In this document: positions 27,934 to 38,573 of the stretch, in pieces | Position numbering within the stretch: position 1 is the stretch's first letter | How the letters are laid out: every line of letters begins with the position of its first letter | NCBI GenBank assembly: GCA_031269775.1 | Contig: JAISYQ010000004.1 | Coordinates: forward strand, 4,102 to 68,101 | Reading direction: 5' to 3' | Source of the DNA: Streptococcaceae bacterium | Lineage (GTDB): Bacteria > Bacillota > Bacilli > Lactobacillales > Streptococcaceae | Length of the DNA: 64,000 nt | Notes under the pieces: model-generated | Databases searched by the model: none | Told to the model about the DNA's origin: nothing | What the model saw: the letters and a program-made list of their open reading frames with translations, nothing else | Program-made: the position numbers and the translations under genes

Positions 27934-30899
27934 CTATACGGTTAACGTCAAAATATTTGAACTATCTTTTTCATTATTGAAATGAAGACAAGCAAGTCCT
28001 ACTCCGGCAACTCCCGTAAATAAGCCAACCGTTTCTATTTTTCGCAAACGCAAAATATGAAAATTTCCATTTAACCATCGATTCATGATCATAGTGCTTA
28101 GATATTGATTTCTATACTCTTTAATTTTTTTCAAATCTTGACTCCAATCACTGATCAAATAATTAAACAGCTCAATCATGCCTGCATTGCCATGACAAAG
28201 ACAATCATCATTCACAAAAAATTGAGATATCCTTTCCATCAATTGATGTACTAATTTTTCAGTTTGTTGCTGAATTTTTTCATTAGGCAACATTTTTATT
28301 ACCGTTAATCGTGCCAGAATTAAACCAGGTAATCCCCAACATAAACGATAATCCTCCTGAGAAGACAAATGATCAAATTCATAAATGAGAAGATTTTCAA
28401 TCAATATACTCAGTGTTTGACTAGGCATTAACTCGTATAGGCTTGCTAAACCTCTAACGATTCCTGATATACCATGTGCAAATTCGATCTTAAGGTCATT
28501 AACGTCTTGTTTACGCCATTTTTCTATAAATAAATTGCCTTGTTCATTTAAAATCTTTCGTAACTTTTCTGAATGAGTCATTTTATATGTTTCGACCAAT
28601 AAAGTCAGAATGCTTACCTTCCCGTTTATCCAATCATTAGAATCAACTTCGAAAAATTTTTCAGCAATGATTTCTTGAACTGTATCATCAATATAAGAAA
28701 TAGATTCAGATTTTCCTGTGTTTTTTGACTCTGACAAAATAGGAAAAAAAGGAGCTAAACGCCCTTGATAAGCAGAAACAAATTTTTGCTGATTTTTAGA
28801 AATATTGATTGCTGATTGGATAAGTATTTTATAAAAATCGATATACTTTTCTTCTTTCGTCTGAACAAAAAGTTCATAAAAAAAGAAAGCAAGCCCTGAT
28901 AAACTATCATATAAACCTTCATTCGTCGGACGAATTCCTAATTGCTCACTTTTAGCTAAAAAATCTAGTGTCGCAAAGGAAACTTCGTTATGAGCTTCAT
29001 TCCAAACTGCCTTTTTCATTAGGTCATCAGCAATTTCTTTTGCTAATGCAATACCATTTACTTTCACCTCTTTCTTTAGTAATGGAAAAACAACTTTTCG
29101 ATTTATGAGCGAAACATCCTCAAAACAATCTAGTGTCACCAACAAATAATCGATTTGACGCTCAATTTCATCTTTATTAAGACTTGCTATCCGATTTTTA
29201 GCTCGCTGTATTCCAGGATGAGAATAAAAATTTTTAATTACCTGACCACAACTATCTTCCAAATTTGTTGAATCCACACAAGAATAAAAAATAGGGATAT
29301 CTCCGACTAACAAGTCCCGAATCTCACTCATAACTATTCGTTTATCTGAATGAGGATACGCCCAAATATTTTCAAACAATTTCTCACGATAAAACATTTC
29401 TTGTGTGTAATTAGGATGATTCGAAAAACCTAAAATCGATGCATATCTTTGTGTTCCTTTTAACAGACAACGAACTTTCTTACCTTTAAAACAAGTTAGT
29501 GGTCCATTTTCATCAAGCAATGTTTTCTTTTCTTGCTCTAAAAAACAAATGGCTTCTTTAAATCCTTGAATGATATCTAAACGATAATGCAAATAATTTA
29601 CTTCTTTATCTTTAATTTTTGGAATATTTTCTCCCTTGGAGCGAATGATCTCTTTCTCTTCAAAACGAAAATTTGCTTGATTTAAATTAACCGCTTGTAA
29701 AGCTTAAAGCTTTACCTCTTTCATTCCACCTGAAATTCCACTTAAATCTATTTGATTCCCAAAATCATCGGAAATTTCCACTGACCTTGGAAGTAATCCA
29801 GATTCCATCACTGTCGTTTCAACTTGGGCAACTTTCAATTTTGCAAACGCAGTTCCCTCAAAATCAACCTTCGATAAAAATTAGCCACTTCCTCTTCAGT
29901 TTGACAACTATCATAAGAAATAAATTCACAAAAAGAATACTGCTTATAATAAATTCCTCTTGGGACTTTCATCTCCAACAATGAAGAGCGTTGATTAAAC
30001 CAAGAAACCAATTTTTCAAACGATTGGGTAACTTCTAAATTTTTTGGTTTATAAACAACCTTTTTATTACTAATTTCAACAATAGAAACATTTTTCCCTT
30101 GTTCATGAGAATCTCCTGCAGAAAGATGAACTTTTTGAATACATAGTTTCGAAATAGAAAGCAAACCCTTTAATTCTGCTTGACTTTCTTCTATCGCAGC
30201 AATAAATTTAAGATAATTATCTAAAGCAAACTTTGTACGAGTTGCAATTTGACGAGTACATACTGCATATTTAGAAAAAAATTGATAGTAACTTTTCTTA
30301 TCTGAAAATATTGTTTTCAAAAAATGGTTAAAACACTGATCAGAATCTTTTAATACTTCCGGATGACTTTTTTTGTATAATTCCAGCTCAATAACTAGCA
30401 CTTTGCTAACAATTTGTAAAATATCAACAACATAACTATGAATAAAACTTTCTTGCACTTCTGAATGCAAATCAATGGCGGAATCAATAAAAGTCGTTGC
30501 TTGAATTTTTTGTTCCACATAATTGATAAACGGTAATACAGAAACACCAATATCATCTATTTCATTTTCTTTGAATATGTATTCACTGAAAACTTCATTT
30601 ACAAGTAACAACCAGTCAGGAATATTTTTTGGAAATTCTTCTTTAAAATCTGAAACACCAAAAGCAAATTCTTCTTTTGTTATTTTTCGATAAAACAAAA
30701 TTTCCTCAAAAGTCTCTTCTTTAATCAGTCCTTTAATGTTTTTCCATTCATTTAACTTATTATTGCTGACCTGAGAAAAATTTGGACGACAATAATCAAG
30801 CTTTTCCTCAATTGTTAGCGCTTTTCTCCAAATTTGTTCAATGGCTTCTCTTTGATATTCTTTGTAATTGTTAGTTAATTTCTTCTCTTTAACGACCAC
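27934..30899 (-). pseudogene. lanM: Class II lanthipeptide synthetase LanM, disrupted
   Basis: N-terminal dehydratase-domain ORF (29835..30899) and C-terminal LanC-like cyclase ORF (27934..29592; CWGLPG, CLCHGNAG, GVAGVGLA motifs). A frameshift near 29855-29880 and an in-frame TAA at 29704-29706 interrupt one ~988-codon gene. Confidence 0.85.
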
Positions 30900-31258
30900 T
30901 GAATCTTCCCTCTTACCTTTCTATCGATATTTCATTTGAACACCTAAAATATACGTTTTAATGATTTCAATAATTTAATTCGTAATCATTCAGTTACATT
31001 CAAAATTTCATCAAAATTCGTCTTTTCCTTTGCTATGAATATACTAGCCAGAATTTGAAAGACTTTTTTCCTTTGTTTCACAGCAGTTTCAATAATAGGG
31101 CTAATTTTAAAAATTCTCTCCACCAGTAATGGTCATAAAACCTACAGAAATTTTTGCTTAACTTTAACGTTTTTAATCGCCCTTTTCGCTCTTTCAACAC
31201 TAAGGTGATTGTTTTTTCATATTAGTCACAAAATTTACCGCTGCAATTTTTTGAAAGA

Positions 31259-31384
31259 TTAGTTTGTCCCATACTTTTTTTCTTCAATTGTCATTACTTT
31301 ACGCCAAATATCATCTAATGCTTGTTTTTTGTTTTCCGTTGTATTTAAATCAATAGAATTTTCATTCCTATATGTCATAATCAT
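31259..31384 (-). pseudogene. 5' stub of a second lanM-like gene
   Basis: The 41-codon ORF contains ...KKQALDDIWRKVMTIEEKKYG, which parallels the LanM N-terminus ...QREAIEQIWRKALTIEEKLDY (10 of 21 identical). AGGAG SD upstream. Nothing LanM-like follows it. Confidence 0.45.
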
Positions 31385-31493
31385 TATTTTAGCTCCTAAA
31401 AATTTTTGAATAGAAGTGTAAATTTCAATATTTACAAATCCATAAAATTATTAAAAATACACAAAATTTCTTAAAATATAACCGAAAAAAATT

Positions 31494-31521
31494 TTTCCGC
31501 TACATTATAACAGTCTTCCAA
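31494..31521 (-). promoter_or_regulatory. Near-consensus sigma-A promoter facing the lanthipeptide locus
   Basis: On the minus strand: TTGACA (31521-31516), 16 nt spacer, TATAAT (31499-31494). The palindrome TTTGCGCAAA lies further upstream (about 31560-31569). Confidence 0.5.
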
Positions 31522-31625
31522 TTTTTGTCAATAAATAATTGCCTTAAAAATAGAAAAATTTTGCGCAAATGATATAAAAATAATCAAATCTTTTTAAAAA
31601 TGTGCTTATTATAAAAACAGGTAGA

Positions 31626-32279
31626 CTAATAATCATAGGATATGTGTTTTTCAATAAAACGAGCAAACAAGGACAAAGCATAACAAATAATAAAATAACC
31701 TACTGCTAGTGCTATAAACATTGGCAAAACATAATTAGAATTCTGTCCATAAATAATTTGTGCTTGATGTGTAAATTCTGGCAGAGTAATAATCACTGCT
31801 AAAGAAGTATCTTTAATAAGTGAAATAAACTGACTAAGAATTGCTGGAATCATCATTTTATATGCTTGTGGAATAATAATAATACGCATAGTTTCAATAA
31901 CACTTAATCCTGTTGAAAGAGCTGCTTCCATTTGACCTTTAGGCACTGCATTTAAACCTGCGCGAATAATTTCTGAGAGCATTGCTGATTCAAAAATTGT
32001 TAAAGCAAGCACTGCTGAGTAAAAAAGATTAAGTCTAACCCCCGAAATTTGCGGCAGGGCAAAATAGGTAAAGAAAATAATCAAAAGTAGTGGTAGATTG
32101 CGAACGATATCAATCAATACGCCCAAAATTTTACTAAAAATAGGAATCTTCCAAAAACGCAATACGCCCAAAACAGAACCAATTAAAAAACTAAGCAAAA
32201 TAGATGCAATTGCCACTTCAACGGTTACTTTTAAACCCATTAGTAAAAAACGAATATTTAACCAACTAAAAGCTTCCAC
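31626..32279 (-). CDS. Amino acid ABC transporter permease (His/Glu/Gln/Arg family)
   Basis: 217 aa with 5 TM helices and an EAA-loop-like ...GQMEAALSTGLS... Confidence 0.85.
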   Translation of the reverse strand: MEAFSWLNIRFLLMGLKVTVEVAIASILLSFLIGSVLGVLRFWKIPIFSKILGVLIDIVRNLPLLLIIFFTYFALPQISGVRLNLFYSAVLALTIFESAMLSEIIRAGLNAVPKGQMEAALSTGLSVIETMRIIIIPQAYKMMIPAILSQFISLIKDTSLAVIITLPEFTHQAQIIYGQNSNYVLPMFIALAVGYFIICYALSLFARFIEKHISYDY

Positions 32280-32302
32280 CCAAAATCCCTCCTTGATACA
32301 CT

Positions 32303-32935
32303 TTAGCGATGTTCAAGATAAGTCATCAAATAATTTAATGGCAAAGTAATAATTAAATAAAAGAAACCAACTAGTATATAACTAGGAATTGTCTGAAAAG
32401 TTGTTGTAGCTACAAAATCACCTTGATACATCAAATCAAATCCTGCAACCATGGCCAAAATAGCAGAATTTTTGACTAAACTAATAAATTGATTGCCAAG
32501 TGGTGGGATCACAATTTTAAACGCCTGCGGTAACACAATATAGCGCATACTTTCCCAGTAAGAAAAACCTTGCGAAAGGCCAGCTTCCATCTGACCTATG
32601 GGAACTGATTGAATTCCTGCTCGCAGTGTTTCGGCAATAAAAGAAGAAGTATAGATAGTTAGACCAATCACTCCTGCTTGAAAGCCAGTTAAGAGAATTC
32701 CTTGCATTGGCAAAACAATAAAGAAAAACATCACAATTACAAGCAAGGGAATATTGCGAAAAAGCTCGACATAAATATGAGCAATTGCCTTGATTATTCG
32801 ATACCCAGAAAGCTGAAAAATAGCCATAAATGTTCCAATGATAAAACTAAATAAAAGAGCAATAATACTTGCACTGATTGTATTTTTGAATCCCAATAAA
32901 AATTCAGACCAATAATGTTGAATTAAAGCAATCAT
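32303..32935 (-). CDS. Amino acid ABC transporter permease
   Basis: ...GQMEAGLSQGFS... loop. ATG at 32935 is preceded by GGAGGG. The longer ORF-track start (33001) would overlap the binding-protein gene. Confidence 0.85.
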   Translation of the reverse strand: MIALIQHYWSEFLLGFKNTISASIIALLFSFIIGTFMAIFQLSGYRIIKAIAHIYVELFRNIPLLVIVMFFFIVLPMQGILLTGFQAGVIGLTIYTSSFIAETLRAGIQSVPIGQMEAGLSQGFSYWESMRYIVLPQAFKIVIPPLGNQFISLVKNSAILAMVAGFDLMYQGDFVATTTFQTIPSYILVGFFYLIITLPLNYLMTYLEHR

Positions 32936-32979
32936 CTTATCCCTCCAAGTTATATTGCTGAACTTGAAAATTCTTAACT

Positions 32980-33771
32980 TTATGCAATTTTTGTAAACCA
33001 CTTACGGTAAATATGGTTATATTGACCATTTTTACGGATCTTTTGTAATGCTTGATTAATTTTTTTGACAAAAGCGACTTCTCCCTTATTAACAGCAATT
33101 CCATAAGGTTCTGTGGTAAATTTTCCACCTGTTAAAACATAATCGAAATTTTGTGCAGCAATCCCCATTAAAACGGCATCATCTGCTGTCATCGCTTCTC
33201 CTTGTCCTGACTTTAATGCTGTGAAACATTCTGAATAATTTTCAAGTTCTAGCACTTTTGCCTTGGGAGCTACTTTAAAAATATTAACTGCAGATGTCGA
33301 GCCTTTTACTGCCAAGATTTTTACTCCATTCTTTAAATCATTAACCGAATGAATCTTAGAGTTCTTTTTTACTAAAAGTGACTGACCAGCGTCAAAATAA
33401 ATATCAGAAAAAGCAATTTGTTTTTGGCGTTCAAAAGTAATCGTCATGGTTGCAATAATTGCATCAATATTGCCATTTTTTAATAAAGGAATACGCGTTT
33501 TTGGTGTTAGTTCAACAAAAACAGCTTTACCTGATTTACCTAAAATTTCCTTAGTTAAAGCTTTTGCAATATCAATATCAAATCCTTCTGCTTTACCAGT
33601 TTTAATATTCATCAAGCCAAATAAACGAGTGTCATTTCTTACCCCCCAAACGATCTTTTCAGATTGTGTAATTCGATATGCGACATCTTCTTTGGAGAAA
33701 TTCTCCCTATTACAAGCAGTGAGAATAAAAATAAGGCCTAAAAAAAGTATCTTGCGCATTTTCCTCACCAA
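32980..33771 (-). CDS. Amino acid ABC transporter substrate-binding lipoprotein
   Basis: Lipobox ...LIFILTAC and a family-3 SBP pattern (...IDAIIATMTITFERQK...). Confidence 0.85.
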   Translation of the reverse strand: MVRKMRKILFLGLIFILTACNRENFSKEDVAYRITQSEKIVWGVRNDTRLFGLMNIKTGKAEGFDIDIAKALTKEILGKSGKAVFVELTPKTRIPLLKNGNIDAIIATMTITFERQKQIAFSDIYFDAGQSLLVKKNSKIHSVNDLKNGVKILAVKGSTSAVNIFKVAPKAKVLELENYSECFTALKSGQGEAMTADDAVLMGIAAQNFDYVLTGGKFTTEPYGIAVNKGEVAFVKKINQALQKIRKNGQYNHIYRKWFTKIA

Positions 33772-33783
33772 GCAACTGACCTC

Positions 33784-34524
33784 CTAATGATTAATGACCT
33801 TACTTAAAAAATCTTTTGCTCGTTTATTTTGCGGCTCAACAAAAAATTTTTGAACATCTAAAGTATCTTCCAAAACTTTACCATCTGCCATAAAAATCAA
33901 ACGATCTGCCATTGCTTTTGCAAACCCCATCTCATGAGTAACTACAATCATACTCATCCCTTCTTTAGCTAGCTTTCTCATAACATTTAAAACATCCCCA
34001 ATAGTCTCAGGATCAAGAGAAGAAGTTGGCTCATCAAATAACATCATCTTAGGCTTCATCGCAAGTCCTCTAGCAATTGCTACTCGTTGTTTTTGTCCAC
34101 CAGAGAGCATCTCTGGATATGAGTCTTTCTTATCCCACATGTTAACATATTTTAAATATTTCTCTGCCACCTTATTTGCAGCGCTTTGCGTTTCTCTTAA
34201 AACTTTTACCGGAGCTAAAGTAATATTTTCCATCACCGTTTTATGAGGATATAAATTAAAATGTTGAAAAACCATCCCTACATTTTTGCGAATTTTTTGC
34301 ATATTTGTTTTTTTATCAGCCAAATTATAACCATTAACAAGCAAACACCCTGATGAAATAATCTCAAGAGCGTTAATAGTTCGAAGCAATGTAGATTTGC
34401 CACTACCGGATGGACCGATAATTACGACCACTTGCCCTTCTTCAATTTCTAAATTAATCTCTTCTAAAGCGTGGAAGGATCCATAATATTTATTGACCTG
34501 CTTAAATTCAACCATAGACATCAT
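33784..34524 (-). CDS. glnQ: Amino acid ABC transporter ATP-binding protein
   Basis: GPSGSGKST, LSGGQKQRVAIARGL and MLFDEPTSSLD motifs. Confidence 0.9.
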   Translation of the reverse strand: MMSMVEFKQVNKYYGSFHALEEINLEIEEGQVVVIIGPSGSGKSTLLRTINALEIISSGCLLVNGYNLADKKTNMQKIRKNVGMVFQHFNLYPHKTVMENITLAPVKVLRETQSAANKVAEKYLKYVNMWDKKDSYPEMLSGGQKQRVAIARGLAMKPKMMLFDEPTSSLDPETIGDVLNVMRKLAKEGMSMIVVTHEMGFAKAMADRLIFMADGKVLEDTLDVQKFFVEPQNKRAKDFLSKVINH

Positions 34525-34581
34525 TCATACCTCCTTAAAGAGTTTGTTTACTTGTCCTGCAAAAAATTTTTTATCAGACTC

Positions 34582-35235
34582 TTAAACTCTTTTACTAATT
34601 TGTTTACTTTTAAGCCAACGTTTTATGCCCATAATCATTGCTGGCAATAAAGAAATAAAAATAATTGCTAGCATAATTACTTCAAAATGTTTTTTCACAA
34701 ATGAAATTTGTCCAAATAAAGCCCCTGCTCCCACAGATAAAATAATCCAAGTAACGCCGCCTAAAAAATTAAAAATCATAAATTTTTTATAAGGCATAAA
34801 ACTACTCCCAGCTGTAAACGGAACAATCGTCCGAATAATCGGCATAAATCGTCCTAAAAAAATGGCAAACGTTCCATACTTTTCAAAAAATTCATGTGTT
34901 TCTTCAATATGCTTAGGTTTTAAAAATTTACTAAACTTTGAATGTTTTAGCAAAGATTTACCAAAACGTTTACCTAACTCAAAATTAAGCATATTGGCAA
35001 TAAATGCTGTAATGGATAAACTTATCATTAAAAACCATACAGATATTTCTGAATCTTTTAAAGCTGTTAAACTTCCAGCGAAAAATAAAATAGAATCTCC
35101 CGGTAAAAACGGAAAAATCACAATTCCCGTTTCAACAAAGATAATAGCAATTAAAACCAAATAAAAATATAAAACTTGCTGATTTAATAAATTTTGCAAT
35201 ATTTCATTAAAATTTAAAAATAACAGTGGCATCAT
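34582..35235 (-). CDS. DedA family membrane protein
   Basis: ...FPFLPGDSILFFAG... and ...GRFMPIIRT..PF.AG... DedA signatures. Confidence 0.8.
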   Translation of the reverse strand: MMPLLFLNFNEILQNLLNQQVLYFYLVLIAIIFVETGIVIFPFLPGDSILFFAGSLTALKDSEISVWFLMISLSITAFIANMLNFELGKRFGKSLLKHSKFSKFLKPKHIEETHEFFEKYGTFAIFLGRFMPIIRTIVPFTAGSSFMPYKKFMIFNFLGGVTWIILSVGAGALFGQISFVKKHFEVIMLAIIFISLLPAMIMGIKRWLKSKQISKRV

Positions 35236-36182
35236 TAACTTCCTTTTTTATTTTTACCCTTAGAGATTATTTTTTCTAAATTATTTAAAACAAGCTTCAT
35301 TTCTTTTCCAGCTTCAAGCTCTTTTCCTAATTTGATAATAAATTTTCTAAGATCATTCTTTACTTGTCCATGTGTTAGCCCATACTCAATTGAAGTTTTT
35401 AAAAAACCAAACTTATCCCCAACATCATAGCGTTTTCCTTTGAATTCATGAGCAAATACTCTTTGTATTTTATTTAATGCATCAATTGCATCTGTTAGCT
35501 GAATCTCACCTCCTGCACCAGGTTTTTGATGTCTTAAAACATTAAAAATTTCAGGAGTTAACAAATAACGACCGATGATTGCTAAATCAGATGGAGCCTC
35601 TTTTGGCTTTGGCTTTTCAACAAAGGAAGCGACATTGTATAGATCGTTTTTCACCTCACCATGCGGTTCAATGACCCCATAAGAAGAAACCTCTTCATGA
35701 GGCACTTTCATAACAGCAATGGTTGAAGCATGCGTTTTTTCATAATCATTTATTAATTGCTTAGTCAAAGGAATTTTATCCATCATCAAATCATCCCCAA
35801 GCATGACCACAAATGCTTCTCCACCTACAAATGCTTCAGCTTGAAGCACTGCATCTCCTAAACCTTTAGGATGAGGTTGCCTGATAAAATGAAGACTAAT
35901 ATTTGTTGTTTCCTCTACCATCTTAAGCAACTCATTTTTACCCTTACTACGAAGAGTCTCTTCTAATTCAAAATTAGCATCAAAATGATCTTCAATTGGA
36001 CGTTTACCTTTTCCTGTAATAATTAAAATATCATCAATGCCTGAAGCCAATGCTTCCTCCACAATAAATTGAATTGTCGGCTTATCTACAATAGGTAGCA
36101 TCTCTTTGGCCATAGCCTTTGTTACCGGCAAAAAACGTGTACCCAAACCAGCTGCGGGAATGACTGCTTTTCTGACTTTCAT
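35235..36182 (-). CDS. galU: UTP-glucose-1-phosphate uridylyltransferase
   Basis: [34 protein letters not shown]... with VGDKFGF near the C-terminus. Confidence 0.9.
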   Translation of the reverse strand: MKVRKAVIPAAGLGTRFLPVTKAMAKEMLPIVDKPTIQFIVEEALASGIDDILIITGKGKRPIEDHFDANFELEETLRSKGKNELLKMVEETTNISLHFIRQPHPKGLGDAVLQAEAFVGGEAFVVMLGDDLMMDKIPLTKQLINDYEKTHASTIAVMKVPHEEVSSYGVIEPHGEVKNDLYNVASFVEKPKPKEAPSDLAIIGRYLLTPEIFNVLRHQKPGAGGEIQLTDAIDALNKIQRVFAHEFKGKRYDVGDKFGFLKTSIEYGLTHGQVKNDLRKFIIKLGKELEAGKEMKLVLNNLEKIISKGKNKKGS

Positions 36183-36195
36183 ATTTATCTCCTTT

Positions 36196-37134
36196 TTATT
36201 TTTTTGTCGAATTTTCTTGTATCAGTCGGGTAAGGTTTTGTTCAAATTTTTCTGTAGCATCAAATCCCATGGTATTTGCGCAAAAATTCATGGCAGCCAC
36301 TTCAATGATCGTAGATAAATTGCGCCCTGTTTTAACAGGAATACGAATTTGCGCGACATTAACATTTGCGATTGAAATCATCACCGTATCACTGCCCAAG
36401 CGATCATAATTTTTATCTTTAGCCCATTGTTCTAGATGAATTACTAACTGTATTTGCATGGATTTGCGTACAGAACTTGTGCCAAATAAATTCATAACAT
36501 CAATAATTCCGATGCCACGAATTTCAAGAAAATGTTTAAGAATCTCTGGTGCCTCACCAATAAGAGTTAATTCATCTTTTTGATAAACATCTACACGATC
36601 ATCAGCAATTAATCGATGCCCCTTTTTAATTAATTCTAAGGCTGTTTCTGATTTTCCAATACCTGAGTTTCCTTTAAGTAATATACCAAGTCCATAAACA
36701 TCCATTAAAACGCCATGAATACTAATTCGTTTGGCTAAACGCTCATCTAAAAAATTGGTGATAATTCCAACTAAACGCGATGTTGCAAGAGGTGAGCGTA
36801 AAATAGCAATATCAGCTTTTTTTGCAGCTATAACAAGTTCTTTTGGATAAGCTAATCCACGTGAAATAATGATTGCAGGCAAACCTTTAACAAACATTTC
36901 TTTTAAAATTTTAAATTTTTTATCAGTAGTCATATGATTCATAAAAGAAATTTCTTTTCTTCCAAACATTTGCAAGCAATTAGGAGTATAGTAGTTAAAA
37001 TAGCCTGTTAATTCTAGTCCAGGACGCGAAATATCACTGGCCATAATTTTTTGCTCAAGAGCTTTTTTAGTGTTAATAATTACTTCGAATTTTAATTTTT
37101 CAATAAGTTCTAAAACGCGCACAAAACCATTCAA
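36196..37134 (-). CDS. hprK: HPr kinase/phosphorylase
   Basis: ...[15 protein letters not shown]... P-loop and ...[11 protein letters not shown]... signature. Confidence 0.95.
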   Translation of the reverse strand: MNGFVRVLELIEKLKFEVIINTKKALEQKIMASDISRPGLELTGYFNYYTPNCLQMFGRKEISFMNHMTTDKKFKILKEMFVKGLPAIIISRGLAYPKELVIAAKKADIAILRSPLATSRLVGIITNFLDERLAKRISIHGVLMDVYGLGILLKGNSGIGKSETALELIKKGHRLIADDRVDVYQKDELTLIGEAPEILKHFLEIRGIGIIDVMNLFGTSSVRKSMQIQLVIHLEQWAKDKNYDRLGSDTVMISIANVNVAQIRIPVKTGRNLSTIIEVAAMNFCANTMGFDATEKFEQNLTRLIQENSTKK

Positions 37135-37271
37135 AATAATCAGCTCCTTAGCTGTATAATAACATTTTTGAAAATCTTTTTTTAAAATCGTATTTTATTT
37201 CATTTCCGATTGAGCATTTCATATTTTCATTAACGATCATATTTTCTTAATTTTTTCGCAAAGCAAATTGT

Positions 37272-37319
37272 TATTTAACTAAAAAACGAAGGAATTTTCC
37301 TTCGTTTTTTAGTTAAATA
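37272..37319. terminator. Long perfect palindrome; bidirectional terminator candidate
   Basis: TATTTAACTAAAAAACGAAGGAA / TTCCTTCGTTTTTTAGTTAAATA. A GC-containing core stem (CGAAGG/CCTTCG) is flanked by A- and T-runs. Lies downstream of the gene ending at 37406. Confidence 0.55.
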
Positions 37320-37405
37320 GTAAACATCTCAGAGCTTGTTAACGATCTTTATATAAGACAAAAAATTACCTCAAATTCGCAATTATGGAAAAAATTTAGC
37401 AGGCT

Positions 37406-38563
37406 CTAACACCACCACGCCACACCTTCATCTATCATACCGGCTGCTGTTGCAGCTTTAACTTCTTCGTAGTTTAAGGTATAGATGTGCTCGCCACTGC
37501 CCGGGTTATAGATGCGATATACGGGTTTGCCGGACATTGAAACGCGCCAGCCAACACCTTCATCTCGCCAGCCTAAAGAAAGCAACTCATCTTTTTCATG
37601 CGAATTCATTGTAAAAAGATGGTTTCCATCATTTGGATTATACACACGGTACAGCCACCTCTCACCCTTATCCAGAAAAGCCACCTGTTCATAGTCCCAG
37701 CCATTATTAACCATCTGATCAACTTCATAGACGTTGCTTGTGTAGTTATGCAAACCAATGTAGTTATCAACACGACGTCCCGGATCGATCGGATCGGGAT
37801 AAGTGTAATTTGTAAAAATTGCTCGTGGCTGATAAAGGCGGTAGACAGCGCTTATCATTGGTCTTCCCGAAATACCGTAAAAAGCAGCATTTGTTAAATG
37901 AGAACCTGGAAAGTCATTTTCAAAAGACTTTCCATGACGAATATTAAAAATATTTAAAATATCCCAATATCCTGTTCGATAATTGGAATCAGGGTCGATT
38001 ACAAAAGTTTTTCCATTTTGAAAACCTTGTAATATAAACCCATGCAAATATTTACTATTAGGATTAAATTTACCAGAAGCTAGCACGGGATTGGAAGTTT
38101 TTAAAAAGTTCTCCAATTCTTCTTGGGTCCAAAGTGGAATTGCTTTCAAATCCATTAAAGAAGCGGCATACACTACTGATGAAGTCGGAGTACTATCAGC
38201 AGTAGCTGCTTCTTTTGATTTGCCTGCAATACCCTCATCATAGTAACCAGCATCATACAATTTCTTTGCCCATTCCAGAGGAGACATAAGATTACCAAAA
38301 CTACTAAAAACCATTGCATAGCTAGTTGGTCCACAGCCATTGGGACCAAAGGGAGCATCTCCTACATATTGATCATGCCAAGCTGGATCTCCTTGGGAAA
38401 AATACACCACGTTACATTCAGGGAAAGGGCGATCATAGAAATTGTGATAGCGTTGTTCCTCACTTGTCGGATAAAAAGAATCCGCTTGCAATTGATCATG
38501 AGCAAAAAATAAAAGCGAAAATGCAAATGCAATTATTAATTTTTTTTTTAATCTCAGCTGCAA
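37406..38563 (-). CDS. Secreted C39_2-like cysteine peptidase domain protein with C-terminal YR(V/I)YNP..G(W/M)..EG repeats
   Basis: Signal peptide present. ...FSQGDPAWHDQY...GPNGCGPTSYAMVF... and ...LHGFILQGFQNGKTFVIDPDSN (Cys/His/Asp pattern). C-terminal repeats YRVYNPNDGNHLFT..GWRDEG and YRIYNPGSGEHIYT..GMIDEG. Confidence 0.6.
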   Translation of the reverse strand: MQLRLKKKLIIAFAFSLLFFAHDQLQADSFYPTSEEQRYHNFYDRPFPECNVVYFSQGDPAWHDQYVGDAPFGPNGCGPTSYAMVFSSFGNLMSPLEWAKKLYDAGYYDEGIAGKSKEAATADSTPTSSVVYAASLMDLKAIPLWTQEELENFLKTSNPVLASGKFNPNSKYLHGFILQGFQNGKTFVIDPDSNYRTGYWDILNIFNIRHGKSFENDFPGSHLTNAAFYGISGRPMISAVYRLYQPRAIFTNYTYPDPIDPGRRVDNYIGLHNYTSNVYEVDQMVNNGWDYEQVAFLDKGERWLYRVYNPNDGNHLFTMNSHEKDELLSLGWRDEGVGWRVSMSGKPVYRIYNPGSGEHIYTLNYEEVKAATAAGMIDEGVAWWC

Positions 38564-38573
38564 AGCTTACCTC

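Noticed and set aside
29698-29711. Tandem 7-bp duplication TAAAGCT-TAAAGCT as the frameshifting lesion in lanM
   Set aside because: Translation shows that the segments on both sides are in the same frame (...KEVKL*ALQAVN...). The lesion here is therefore an in-frame TAA, and the apparent duplication follows from the K-L-x-A-L codons.
31220-31270. Possible lanthipeptide core ...MGQTNLSKNCSGKFCD* in an alternative frame just after the lanM stub
   Set aside because: It is only 16 codons from its ATG, with an in-frame TGA immediately upstream. It has no leader peptide, no double-Gly or similar cleavage motif and no SD, so it is most likely chance.
31259-31384. The 41-codon ORF behind the strong promoter as the missing LanA precursor
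   Set aside because: It contains no Cys and very few Ser/Thr in its C-terminal part. Its sequence instead aligns with the LanM N-terminus.
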